A DNA stretch of 64,000 nucleotides from Eledone cirrhosa (Eukaryota), in assembly GCA_964016885.1 (NCBI GenBank), contig OZ024743.1, positions 180,916,001 to 180,980,000 on the forward strand, given 5' to 3'. Positions within the stretch are counted from its first letter, which is position 1; every line of letters begins with the position of its first letter. The translations under genes were made by a program, and so were the position numbers. Below, one piece after another: positions 18,001-32,500 of this stretch. The notes below the pieces were generated by a model. That model was not told where the DNA came from. It made no database searches and saw only the letters and a program-made list of their open reading frames with translations.

Positions 18001-21000
18001 ACTGTACATATAGTATACTGTACTGTACATATAGTATACTTTACAGTACATATAGTATACTGTACAGTACATATAGTATACTGTACAGTACATATAGTAT
18101 ACTGTACTGTACATATAGTATACTGTACTGTACATATAGTATACAGTACAGTACATATAGTATACTGTACTGTATATATAGTATACTGTACTGTATATAT
18201 AGTATACTCTACAGTACATATAGTATACTGTACTGTACATATAGTATACTGTACTGTATATATAGTATACTGTACTGTACATATAGTATACAGTACAGTA
18301 CATATAGTATACTGTACTGTATATATAGTATACTGTACTGTACATATAGTATACAGTACAGTACTTATAGTATACTGTACTGTATATATAGTATACTGTA
18401 CTGTATATATAGTATACTGTACAGTACATATAGTATACTGTACTGTACATATATTATACTGTACTGTATATATAGTATACTGTACTGTACATATAGTATA
18501 CTGAACAGTACATATAGTATACTGTACTGTACATATAGTATACTGTACTGTACATATAGTATACTGTACAGTACATATAGAATGCTGTACTGTATATTTA
18601 GTATACTGTACAGTACAAATAGTATACTGTACAGCACTGTAGATTACATATAGTATACTGTACTGGACATATAGTATAATGTACAGCACTGTAGAGTACA
18701 TATAGTATACTGTACAGTACATATAGTATACTGTACTGTACATATAGTATACGGTACAGTACATATAGTATACTGTACTGTACATATAGTATACTGTACA
18801 ATACATATAGTATAGTGTACAGTACATATAGTATACTGTACTGTACATATAGTATACTGAACACTACATATAGTATACTGTACTGCACATATAGTATACT
18901 GTACTGTATATATAGTATACTGTACTGTACATATAGTATACTGTACAGCACATATAGCATACTGTACATATAGTATACTGTACTGTACATACAGTATACT
19001 GTACTGTACATATAGTATACTGTACAGTACATATAGTATACTGTACAGTACATATAGTATACTGAACAGTACACATAGTATACTGTACAGTACATATAGT
19101 ATACTGTACTGTACATATAGTATACTGTACTGTACATATAGTATACTGTACAGTACATATAGTATACTGTACTGTATATATAGTATACTGTACTGTACAT
19201 ATAGTATACTGTACAGTACATATAGTATACTGTACTGTACATATAGTATACTGTACAGTACATATAGTATACTGTACAGTACATATAGTATACTGTACTG
19301 TACATATAGTATACTGTACAGTACATATAGTATACTGAACAGTACATATAGTTTAATGTACAGTACATATAGTATACAGTACTGTATATATAGTATACTG
19401 TACTATACATATAGTATACTATACAGCACATATAGTATACTGTACATATAGTATACTGTACTGTACATATAGTATACTGTACAGTACATATAGTGTACTG
19501 TACAGCACATATAGTATAATGTACAGTACATATAGTATACTGTACTGTACATATAGTATACTGTACTGTAGATATAGTATACTGTACAGAACATATAGTA
19601 TCTTGTACTGTACATATAGTATACTGTACAGTACATATAGTATACTGTACTGTACTTATAGTATACTGTACAGTATACATAGTATACTGTACTGTACATA
19701 TAGTATACTGTACTGTACATATAGTATACTGTACTGTACATATAGTATACTGTACTGTACATATAGTATAGTGTACTGTACATATAGTATACTGTACAGT
19801 ACATATAGTATAGTGTACAGTACATATAGTATACTGAACAGTACATATAGTATACTGTACAGTACATATAGAATACTGTACTGTATATATAGTATACTGT
19901 ACATATAGTATACAGTACAGTACATATAGTATACTGTACAGTACATATAGTATACTGTACTGTACAGATAGTATACTGTACAGTACATATAGTATACTGT
20001 ACTGTACATATAGTATACTGAACAGTACATATAGTATACTGTACTGTACATATAGTATACTGTACTGTAGATATAGTATACTGTACAGAACATATAGTAT
20101 CTTGTACTGTACATATAGTATACTGTACAGTACATATAGTATACTGTACTGTACATATAGTATACTGTACAGTATACATAGTATACTGTACTGTACATAT
20201 AGTATACTGTACTGTACATATAGTATACTGTACTGTACATATAGTATACTGTACTGTACATATAGTATAGTGTACTGTACATATAGTATACTGTACAGTA
20301 CATATAGTATAGTGTACAGTACATATAGTATACTGAACAGTACATATAGTATACTGTACAGTACATATAGAATACTGTACTGTATATATAGTATACTGTA
20401 CATATAGTATACAGTACAGTACATATAGTATACTGTACAGTACATATAGTATACTCCACTGTATATATAGTATACTGTACTATACATATAGTATACTATA
20501 CAGCACATATAGTATACTGTACTGTACATATAGTATACTGTACTGTACATACAGTATACTGTACTGTACATATAGTATACTTTACAGTACATATAGTATA
20601 GTATACAGTACATATAGTATCCTGTACAGTACATATAGTATACTGTACTGTATATATAGTATACTGTACTATACATATAGTATACTGTACTGTACATATA
20701 GTATACTGTACAGTACATATAGTATACTGTACTGTACATATAGTATACTGTACAGTATACATAGTATACTGTACTGTACATATAGTATACTGTACTGTAC
20801 ATATAGTATACTGTACAGTACATATAGTATACTGTACAGTACATATAGTATACTGTACTGTACATATAGTATACTGTACAGTACATATAGTATACTGAAC
20901 AGTACATATAGTTTAATGTACAGTACATATAGTATACTGTACTGTATATATAGTATACTCTACTATACATATAGTATACTATACAGCACATATAGTATAT

Positions 21001-24000
21001 TGTACATATAGTATACTGTACTGTACATATAGTATACTGTACTGTACATATAGTGTACTGTACAGCACATATAGTATACTGTACTGTATATATAGTATAC
21101 TGTACTCTACATATAGTATACTGTACTGTACATATAGTATACTGTACAGTACATATAGTATACTGTACAGTACATATAGTATACTGAACACTACATATAG
21201 TATACTGTACTGTACATATAGTATACAGTACTGTATATATAGTATACTGTACTGTACATATAGTATACTGTACAGCACATATAGCATACTGTACATATAG
21301 TATACTGTACTGTACATACAGTATACTGTACTGTACATATAGTATACTGTACAGTACATATAGTATACTGTACAGTACATATAGTATACTGAACAGTACA
21401 CATAGTTTACTATACAGTACATATAGTATACTGTACTGTACATATAGTATACTGTACAGTACATATAGTATAGTGTACAGTACATATAGTATACTGTACT
21501 GTACATATAGTATACTGTACAGTACATATAGTATACTGTACTGTACATATAGTATACTGTACAGTACATATAGTATACTGTACAGTACATATAGTATACT
21601 GTACTGTACATATAGTATACTGTACAGTACATATAGTATACTGAACAGTACATATAGTTTAATGTACAGTACATATAGTATACAGTACTGTATATATAGT
21701 ATACTGTACTATACATATAGTATACTATACAGCACATATAGTATACTGTACATATAGTATACTGTACTGTACATATAGTATACTGTACAGTACATATAGT
21801 ATAGTGTACAGTACATATAGTATACTGTACTGTACATATAGTATACTGTACAGTACATATAGTATACTGTACAGTATACATAGTATACTGTACTGTACAT
21901 ATAGTATACTGTACTGTACATATAGTATACTGTACTGTACATATAGTATACTGTACTGTACATATAGTATAGTGTACTGTACATATAGTATACTGTACAG
22001 TACATATAGTATAGTGTACAGTACATATAGTATACTGAACAGTACATATAGTATACTGTACAGTACATATAGAATACTGTACTGTATATATAGTATACTG
22101 TACATATAGTATACAGTACAGTACATATAGTATACTGTACAGTACATATAGTATACTGTACTGTACAGATAGTATACTGTACAATACATATAGTATACTG
22201 TACTGTACATATAGTATACTGAACAGTACATATAGTATACTGTACTGTACATATAGTATACTGTACTGTATATTTAGTATACTGTACAGTACAAATAGTA
22301 TACTGTACAGCACTGTAGATTACATATAGTATACTGTACTGGACATATAGTATAATGTACAGCACTGTAGAGTACATATAGTATACTGTACAGTACATAT
22401 AGTATACTGTACTGTACATATAGTATACTGTACAGTACATATAGTATACTGTACTGTACATATCGTATACTGTACAATACATATAGTATAGTGTACAGTA
22501 CATATAGTATACTGTACTGTACATATAGTATAGTGTACAGTACATATAGTATACTGTACTGTACATATAGTATACTGTACAGTACATATAGTATACTGTA
22601 CTGTACATATAGTATACTGTACGGTACATATAGTATACTGTACAGTACATATAGTATACTGTACTGTACATATAGTATACTGTACATTACATATAGTATA
22701 CTGAACAGTACATATAGTATACTGTACAGTACATATAGTATACTCCACTGTATATATAGTATACTGTACTATACATATAGTATACTATACAGCACATATA
22801 GTATACTGTACTGTACATATAGTATACTGTACTGTACATACAGTATACTGTACTGTACATATAGTATACTTTACAGTACATATAGTATAGTATACAGTAC
22901 ATATAGTATACTGTACAGTACATATAGTATACTGTACTGTATATATAGTATACTGTACTATACATATAGTATACTGTACTGTACATATAGTATACTGTAC
23001 AGTACATATAGTATACTGTACTGTACATATAGTATACTGTACAGTATACATAGTATACTGTACTGTACATATAGTATACTGTACTGTACATATAGTATAC
23101 TGTACTGTACATACAGTATACTGTACTGTACATATAGTATACTTTACAGTACATATAGTATAGTATACAGTACATATACTATACTGTACTGTACATATAG
23201 TATACTGTACAGTACATATAGTATACTGTACAGTACATATAGTATACTGAACACTACATATAGTATACTGTACTGTACATATAGTATACTGTACTGTACA
23301 TATAGTATACTGTACAGCACATATAGCATACTGTACATATAGTATACTGTACTGTACATACAGTATACTGTACTGTACATATAGTATACTGTTCAGTACA
23401 TATAGTATACTGTACAGTACATATAGTATACTGAACAGTACACATAGTATACTGTACAGTACATATATTATACTGTACTGTACATATAGTATACTGTACA
23501 GTACATATAGTATACTGTACTGTACACATAGTATACTGTACAGTACATATAGTATACTGTACAGTACACATAGTATACTGTACTGTACATATAGTATACT
23601 GCACTGTATATATAGTATACTGTACTGTATATATAGTATACTGTACTGTACATATAGTATACTGTACTGTACATATAGTATACTTTACAGTACATATAGT
23701 ATACTGTACAGTACATATAGTATACTGTACAGTACATATAGTATACTGTACTGTACATATAGTATACTGTACTGTACATATAGTATACAGTACAGTACAT
23801 ATAGTATACTGTACTGTATATATAGTATACTGTACTGTATATATAGTATACTCTACAGTACATATAGTATACTGTACTGTACATATAGTATACTGTACTG
23901 TATATATAGTATACTGTACTGTACATATAGTATACAGTACAGTACATATAGTATACTGTACTGTATATATAGTATACTGTACTGTACATATAGTATACAG

Positions 24001-27000
24001 TACAGTACTTATAGTATACTGTACTGTATATATAGTATACTGTACTGTATATATAGTATACTGTACAGTACATATAGTATACTGTACTGTACATATATTA
24101 TACTGTACTGTATATATAGTATACTGTACTGTACATATAGTATACTGAACAGTACATATAGTATACTGTACTGTACATATAGTATACTGTACTGTACATA
24201 TAGTATACTGTACAGTACATATAGAATGCTGTACTGTATATTTAGTATACTGTACAGTACAAATAGTATACTGTACAGCACTGTAGATTACATATAGTAT
24301 ACTGTACTGGACATATAGTATAATGTACAGCACTGTAGAGTACATATAGTATACTGTACAGTACATATAGTATACTGTACTGTACATATAGTATACTGTA
24401 CAGTACATATAGTATACTGTACTGTACATATAGTATACTGTACAATACATATAGTATAGTGTACAGTACATATAGTATACTGTACTGTACATATAGTATA
24501 GTGTACAGTACATATAGTATACTGTACTGTACATATAGTATACTGTACAGTACATATAGTATACTGTACTGTACATATAGTATACTGTACGGTACATATA
24601 GTATACTGTACAGTACATATAGTATACTGTACTGTACATATAGTATACTGTACATTACATATAGTATACTGAACAGTACATATAGTATACTGTACAGTAC
24701 ATATAGTATACTCCACTGTATATATAGTATACTGTACTATACATATAGTATACTATACAGCACATATAGTATACTGTACTGTACATATAGTATACTGTAC
24801 TGTACATACAGTATACTGTACTGTACATATAGTATACTTTACAGTACATATAGTATAGTATACAGTACATATAGTATACTGTACAGTACATATAGTATAC
24901 TGTACTGTATATATAGTATACTGTACTATACATATAGTATACTGTACTGTACATATAGTATACTGTACAGTACATATAGTATACTGTACTGTACATATAG
25001 TATACTGTACAGTATACATAGTATACTGTACTGTACATATAGTATACTGTACTGTACATATAGTATACTGTACTGTACATACAGTATACTGTACTGTACA
25101 TATAGTATACTTTACAGTACATATAGTATAGTATACAGTACATATACTATACTGTACAGTACATATAGTATACTGTACTCTACATATAGTATACTGTACT
25201 GTACATATAGTATACTGTACAGTACATATAGTATACTGTACAGCACATATAGCATACTGTACATATAGTATACTGTACTGTACATACAGTATACTGTACT
25301 GTACATATAGTATACTGTTCAGTACATATAGTATACTTTACAGTACATATAGTATAGTATACAGTACATATACTATACTGTACAGTACATATAGTATACT
25401 GTACTCTACATATAGTATACTGTACTGTATATATAGTATACTGTACTGTACATATAGTATACTGTACAGCACATATAGCATACTGTACATATAGTATACT
25501 GTACTGTACATACAGTATACTGTACTGTACATATAGTATACTGTTCAGTACATATAGTATACTGTACAGTACATATAGTATACTGAACAGTACACATAGT
25601 ATACTGTACAGTACATATATTATACTGTACTGTACATATAGTATACTGTACAGTACATATAGTATACTGTACTGTACACATAGTATACTGTACAGTACAT
25701 ATAGTATACTGTACAGTACACATAGTATACTGTACTGTACATATAGTATACTGCACTGTATATATAGTATACTGTACTGTATATATAGTATACTGTACTG
25801 TACATATAGTATACTGTACTGTACATATAGTATACTTTACAGTACATATAGTATACTGTACAGTACATATAGTATACTGTACAGTACATATAGTATACTG
25901 TACTGTACATATAGTATACTGTACTGTACATATAGTATACAGTACAGTACATATAGTATACTGTACTGTATATATAGTATACTGTACTGTATATATAGTA
26001 TACTCTACAGTACATATAGTATACTGTACTGTACATATAGTATACTGTACTGTATATATAGTATACTGTACTGTACATATAGTATACAGTACAGTACATA
26101 TAGTATACTGTACTGTATATATAGTATACTGTACTGTACATATAGTATACAGTACAGTACTTATAGTATACTGTACTGTATATATAGTATACTGTACTGT
26201 ATATATAGTATACTGTACAGTACATATAGTATACTGTACTGTACATATATTATACTGTACTGTATATATAGTATACTGTACTGTACATATAGTATACTGT
26301 ACAGTACATATAGTATACTGTACTGTACATATAGTATACAGTACTGTACATATAGCATACAGTACAGTACATATAGTATATGGTACCGTACATATAGTAT
26401 ACTGTACTGTACATATAGTATACTGTACCGTACATATAGTATACTGTACTGTACATATAGTATACAGTATAGTACATATAGTATACTGTACAGTACATGT
26501 AGTATACAATACTGTACATATAGTGTACTGTACTGTACATATAGTATACTGTAAAGTACATATAGTATACTGTACTGTACATATAGTATACTGTACTGTA
26601 CATATAGTATACTGTACTGTATATATAGTATACTGTACTGTACATATAGTATACTGTACAGTACATATAGTATACTGTACAGTACATATAGTATACTGTA
26701 CAGTACATATAGTATACTGTACTGTACATATAGTATACTGTACAGGACATATAGTATACTGTACTGTACATATAGTATACTGTACTGTACATATAGTATA
26801 CTGTACAGGACATATAGTATACTGTACTGTACATATAGTATACTGTACTGTACATATAGTATACTGTACTGTACATATAGTATACTGTACAGTACATATA
26901 GTATACTGTACTGTACATATAGTATACTGTACAGGACATATAGTATACTGTACTGTACATATAGTATACTGTACAGGACATATAGTATACTGTACTGTAC

Positions 27001-27140
27001 ATATAGTATACTGTACTGTACATATAGTATACTGTACTGTACATATAGTATACTGTACAGTACATATAGTATACTGTACTGTACATATAGTATACTGTAC
27101 AGGACATATAGTATACTGTACTATACATATAGTATACAGT
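1..27140. repeat. Tandem satellite array, 21-bp unit CATATAGTATACTGTAC[A/T]GTA, with 16-bp deletion variants and kb-scale higher-order repeats; continues beyond the left edge
   Basis: Unit visible continuously from base 1 to about 27140. The ORF track shows only 7-aa periodic peptides (YSILYVQ, TVYYMYC, YTICTVQ). Near-identical ORF blocks recur at fixed offsets (3518, 3267-3272, 2951 bp). Confidence 0.98.
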
Positions 27141-27173
27141 CCAACCCTCTACCGATACTGCCAATCAACCACC
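27140..27173 (-). mobile_element. 5' head (about 32 bp, A-box region) of the tRNA-derived SINE family also found at 62121 and 63493
   Basis: TCCAACCCTCTACCGATACTGCCAATCAACC is the reverse complement, with 2 mismatches, of GGTGGATTGGCAGTATCGGTAGAGGGTCGGA at 63495-63525. Confidence 0.85.
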
Positions 27174-27199
27174 CTTGAATATATTATAATGTGTTCTTC

Positions 27200-27328
27200 T
27201 TTGGAAAGTCATATTAGATTACGCAGTCTAATATACATACACTATGTCGTTAAAAAGATGGAATGATAAAGGCTAGAAAGCTTTTGATCACAGCTCCGGG
27301 CTGATTTTAGAGCTTAACAATAACAACA
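27200..27328 (+). mobile_element. Old interspersed repeat (SINE-like 3' part ending in AAC-type repeats)
   Basis: Aligns by eye with the reverse complement of 60135-60250 (GTCATATTRGAT..GYAGT..ATACACTA..TTTTGATC..). Ends in AACAATAACAAC. Confidence 0.45.
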
Positions 27329-27553
27329 TAATCAACTGCTTTACTACATCGTGCTTCATCCAGCAGCTTTAATTTCATAATAGTTTTCATAATGTTTTCT
27401 TCTTTTTTTTTGAGGGGGGGGGGGGGTGATAAAGCTGTTTATACAAAAATAAAATATACTATTAAAAGGAACAAAAAAGAGAAAAAAATGAAATGAAATG
27501 ACGAAAATGAAAAAAGAATCAAGCAATGAAAGAAAGGAGTGGAGGGACATACA

Positions 27554-27700
27554 CTATAGCCCAGTCTGAGCGGTTCCCCAGCTGCGCCCAGCGGACAAAA
27601 TGACCAAGGCGTTACCGCGGAGAATGGCCAGAGACACACACTGCAACAGCCATCCCACTTCACGGGTCTTCCTCCTCAACCGAACCTCCGGCTTTCCGAT
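27554..27700 (-). pseudogene. C-terminal remnant of a restriction-like-endonuclease non-LTR retrotransposon (CRE-like)
   Basis: Translation REVGWLLQCVSLAILRGNALVIL resembles the QRxSxAxxRGNA motif that ends the REL domain of CRE-type elements. Confidence 0.5.
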
Positions 27701-28167
27701 ATTTGTTTTATATCTCCTGATGTCAAGTTCAATCATAATATTTTTAAATGAACGACGAATAGTAATACATAGAGTATTGAACTCTGGCATTAAACGAAAG
27801 CTGGTAATTCGTAGAAGTTAGTATTTCTTGCCTTCCTTCCAGTCCGAAAAGTTTTAAGGAATTAAATAATCTGAAAGAAATGAAACTGCTATGCAATCTG
27901 AGATGCGTACTGATATAGGATAAAGCGAAACAAGTTTGGCATTAGAGATTTCCTTTGAAATATTAAAACATTCTAGCCTTTTTAACCTCTTATGGTTATC
28001 TTGGACTGAGTGACATTTAATCTAATCCAATCCTATCCAGAGCCTTCTAACTCCTGTTAGAAGAACGTTTCTCTGATTGATCTCCACCGCTTTCTGTTTG
28101 GTTTTGGTCATGTCAGGGATGTAGTCGTACCCACCACGATTGGCAGATTGCGTGTTGGAGAGGCTAT

Positions 28168-28401
28168 TTAACCCATAGTTGGGACTAGATGGCCGTTGCT
28201 TCTTACGTGTTCACCCCCCCCCTTTTTTAAGAGTTCTTGTTTTTTGTGATGCTGGGTGTTGTGGTGTGTGTGTGTGTGTGTTTGGATTAAGGCGATAGAG
28301 AGCTGAGTTGGGAGTTCCCCTGGTTGATTTTGATCATTCTTGCTGTTGCAGTTGTTGCTGTTGTTGTTGATGGTGGTGGTGGTGGTTCTTTTTCTACTGT
28401 T
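28168..28401 (-). other. Low-complexity T/N/H/Q-rich segment resembling the 3' part of Tx1 ORF1 at 33140-33420; possible remnant of a further Tx1-like copy
   Basis: Same GTT/GGT/GT-rich composition and a short shared word (GAGTTCTTG..TGATG); no conserved domain. Confidence 0.25.
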
Positions 28402-29289
28402 CCAATGCTCAGAATTGTACTGAAGGAGAGGAAAATAGACCAGAGGATGTCCAAGGAGGAAATAACAACAAGGAGGAAGAGCAACCTTCATGAAAAATCC
28501 CTTCATAGTACCTTCTTTAAGAAAACTAAATTTAGAGATCCACAGATATGGAACTGGTTAAAAAGAGGAAACCTTAAAAAGGCTACAGAAGGAATGCTTA
28601 TGGCTGCGCAAGAGCAGGCCCTCAGAACGAAGTGGGTGAAACACCATATTGACAAGGAGGAGGCTAGCTCACTGTGTAGAGAGAGAGGGGAGACTGTGGC
28701 TCACATTGTATCCGAGTGTAAACATCTGGCCCAGACTCACTATAAAGGCTGGAGACATGATGTGATAGGCAGGCTGATCCACTGGCATCTATGCAAAGTA
28801 AACAATTTACCACATTCTGAGAAGTGGTATGAGCATAAGCCAGAGTCGGTGATAGAAAACGATCAGGTGAAGGTGCTATGGGATTTTAGGATACAGACGG
28901 ACAAGAAATTAGAACACAATAGGCCTGACCTGGTGGTTTTGGACAAGGGAAAAAGATCGTGCCTGATTGTAGATGTAGCCTGCCCATTTGACACGAGAGT
29001 GCAAGAAAAGGAGAGGGAGAAAATTAACCGATACCAGGACTTAAAGTGGAAGGTAAAAAGTATTTGGAACTGCCATGAAGTCAAGGTCGTCCGGATTGTC
29101 AAAGAGTTTCCAAGGATGGTTAAAGAAGATAAGTCCAGCCCCGCTTTTTGGAACACTTCAAAAGGCATGCTTGCTGGGAACAACAAGAACCCTCCGATAC
29201 GTCCTGAATATCTAAGGCTGCAGGTAGCGGTTTGATATTCATTTCAACAAACATTCCAGTTAAATAACATCAATCACTGAGACTCAAAG
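28402..29289 (+). mobile_element. 5'-truncated R4/Dong-clade non-LTR retrotransposon, family A copy 1 (degenerate CCHC, RHD and REL endonuclease)
   Basis: ORF 28324-29235 has AAQEQALRT, ETVAHIVSEC, WRHD, LWDFRIQTD, RPDLVV, IVDVACPFD and EKINRY. The 3' end runs into (AAT)8. Two small deletions relative to copy 2. Confidence 0.9.
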
Positions 29290-29313
29290 AATAATAATAA
29301 TAATAATAATAAT
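29290..29313. repeat. (AAT)8 microsatellite joining the Dong-A1 3' end to the Tx1-1 3' end
   Basis: Direct reading. Confidence 0.95.
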
Positions 29314-29576
29314 GGTTTCTTTATTGGCCACAAGGGCTGACACGAAGAAAAACATTAGAGACGGCACAGAACAGTACAGGACCATACAAAGTGAGTTTTG
29401 ATCGTGTAAACAGGTTATAAAAAATCGGGCTAGAAATCCAAAGAAAATCAAACAACAAAAATTCCCCAAGAAGGGGGAAACCACCGAGGGTCACTCGTGG
29501 TGAAAACCACACAAAAGACCACGGTCACCCTGACCACCAGGGCAAGCGCCCTCTCTCACTTTTCCCACTCCTCAGG

Positions 29577-32500
29577 CTACAGGCGTATACACAGAGTGGG
29601 CCCGTTCACTCGGACCAGACTCGCCACTTTCACCCACCTTTCAACAAACTTACTAGAAGACAGCACTTGCCTCTCCACCCTGATTTTCCTCTTCAAGTGA
29701 AACTTGAAAAAGTTAATCAGGGATTGGCCGGAGAGGAAAGTGTCCGTCTTCAACCCTTTCAATCTTGTCCACCATACAATCTCTTTCGCCATGGCCACTA
29801 GGCAGATGAAAACTGCCTGCCCTTCCTCCTCTTTAAAGGAGGAGTGCGGGGCTATCTGCACAATGGACTCAGTCGATAACCGGATCCGTCCTACACACGA
29901 CAGCAGCTGTTCGACATAGCTCCACAAGTAGCAATCCTGAGGCACCGAACGAGTGCGTGCAGGACGGTTTCGTCGCCCTGCGCGCATCTCGGACAGGCTC
30001 GGCTAACAGCACCTCCGTGTCTGTAGAGCTTATCCCGAACCGGCAACGCTCCCCGGTAGCACTGCCAGGCCAGGAATTTCTGGAAGTTGTCCATAGGCCC
30101 CGGTCTGAAAGTTCTCTTGAAGAGAGCGAACAGCTGATAGTCTTCGACGCCCAGGGTCTCCCCGAGAACGTAGTCGCTCTTTCCCTCCACTAGCCCTCTA
30201 TAGAACGCCGAGGTGGATGTTCCACCGATACTAGTGCCCAGCCGGTAAAGGGCGGTGAGTGCTTGGAGACATTCCAGCTTCCAAGCACTATCCCTCAGTC
30301 TTTTCCTGATCCAGGACAGCAGCTCCATCCAGGAGACGAGTTGGGGAAAAGCGCGTCTGGCAAACGGCGACCACACCTGTTCACCGTCAAGGAAGCACCA
30401 GAGATGTAGCAGCCTCAGCGCATGTTTGCGCATCATCAGCCACGGCATGCCTAGTCCTCCACGCAACAGGTGTTGACAGCAGTCAGAGTTGGGCGGGGGA
30501 AAGGTACGACGGTCAGGTGGTAGCAGATGACGAACGCTATGTACGCATTCGCCACCTCCGCCCGACCTTTCAGAGACAGCCTCCTCTCGGCCCATTTCTG
30601 GGTGAGAGAGGCCACCCTGCTCGTAACCTCTCTCCAGTTTTTCTCCATCTGGAGGTCCGGACCGAACCAGACCCCGAGCAATTTAACCGGTCCTTCCGTC
30701 CAACGTCCCACGACGCTGTCGGACGGCATGGACTTGCCTCTCCAGGTGCCGAGTTGCATGCCCACCGACTTCTCCTAGTTTATCTTTGCTCCTGTTACCG
30801 CTTCGTATTCCTTGAGAGCGGTGCCGAGCATCTGAACGTGTTTGGTGCTCGACACCACCACGGTGACGTCGTCGGCGTAAACTGACACGAATCTCCCGCA
30901 TCCCAGTTCGCATGGGACCCCCCTTCATCGTCTCCAATTTGTGTAGTAAAAGCTCTAGGGCCAGTACGTACAAAAGGGACGAGAGGGGACAACGCTGTTG
31001 GACCGAGCGCATGAGGCTGAAAGGCTGCGACAGGTGACCATTCACCCTCACAATCGAGCAGATGTCACTGGGCATCGCAGTGATCCAGCACCTAAAAACG
31101 GGCCCAAAACCGGCTGCCTCGAGGAGCGCAGGCAGGTACCGATGGTCGACCTTATCAAATGCTTTAGATTGATCCAAGTTGATCAGGGCCCCACCCGTGC
31201 CAGGTTCCTTAACCACGCTCTCTATGATGTTTCGCATGAGATGGAGGTTGACGTGGATGGATCTGTCCGGGATGACGGATGTCTGTGCCTCTCACCCCAG
31301 ATCACCGACGACAAGCGTCAATCTCTTTGCTAACACATTGGCCAAAATCTTAAACTCTACGTTTAGCAGAGTTATGGGCCTGAAGTTGTCTATAACGTCC
31401 CCTTTGTTCGGGTCTTTTCTCAGCAGTGCCACCGCTCCCCAGCTCACAAAACTGGGAATGCTCCCGTTCTGCTGCCAGTTGTAGTAGACATCTGCCAAGA
31501 GGTCGCCGAACAAGTCTGGCATATACGCATAAAGCTCGTAGGGCAGACCATCCAAACCTGGCGATTTACCCCTCGTGCAGTCAGACATCGCGTCCCGTAT
31601 TTCACCTGCTGTTATCGGCTTTTCGCAGCACTGCGCTGCGGTCGTCGAGAGCCGCGGCAGGCCGTCGAAGTATGCACCGAAGTTCATACTCCGATCCGGC
31701 CCGTCGCCGCTCCCGAACAATTGAGCAAAGTGCTGTGGAAAAGCCGCTCACATCTGCTCTGGTTCGAGCAACATGCGCCCGTTTTGATCAGGCAAAGACC
31801 GAATTGTGGACTTGTTGCCATGTCGCGCTTCCACCACCCGAGCCCATTGAACGGCTTTTGTCCCCTCGTGTCTTAGAGCACGCGTTCCAGCTCTGACAAC
31901 GCAGCCTTCATGCTTTACGTTGAAGAATTGGTCGAGTGCCAAATCGCCGCAAGCACATCGGATGCCTGTCCTAAACGCCTCTTCTAGCTTTCTAACTAAC
32001 TCTCCCTCTACTCTATTTTCCTCTATCACTACTCCTTTGCTAAACCTTAACGATTCTACTCTAATAGCCCTTTTCAGGGTAAACCACCACCTGTTGTTGA
32101 CGATCGCACTCTTTAACGCACGCTTAACTAATTCGCTAATCCGGTCTCTGTAAGCTTTGCGCGCCGGGAACGACGCATTCAGCTTCCAGTAGCCGGGCCC
32201 TTGCCTATGGGGTCTATCTAAGTCAACTTCACAGATCACAAATTTGTGGTCCGTGTAGTCCACTACTTTAAATTGTAGACAACCTACACTAGCCTTATCT
32301 GTTTCTCTACAGAATACCCTATCTAAATACGATCTGGATGACTCGCTGCGGTTTGCCCATGTCCACATTGGCACATTCGGATAATCCAGTCTATACCTGT
32401 CAGACAGTTCAAAACGTCTCAGCAGGTTGTTGAGGCTTTTACACCCTCCTGCCCTGTCTACTAGCCCCACATAATCCCAGCGTGCATCTAAGATACCGTA

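Noticed and set aside
1-27140. CRISPR-like array of palindromic repeats
   Set aside because: There are no unique spacers and no cas genes, and the context is eukaryotic.
1-27266. Dozens of long Y/C/T/V/S/I-rich ORFs (up to 797 aa)
   Set aside because: They are translations of the 21-bp satellite, with 7-aa periodicity, in several frames on both strands.
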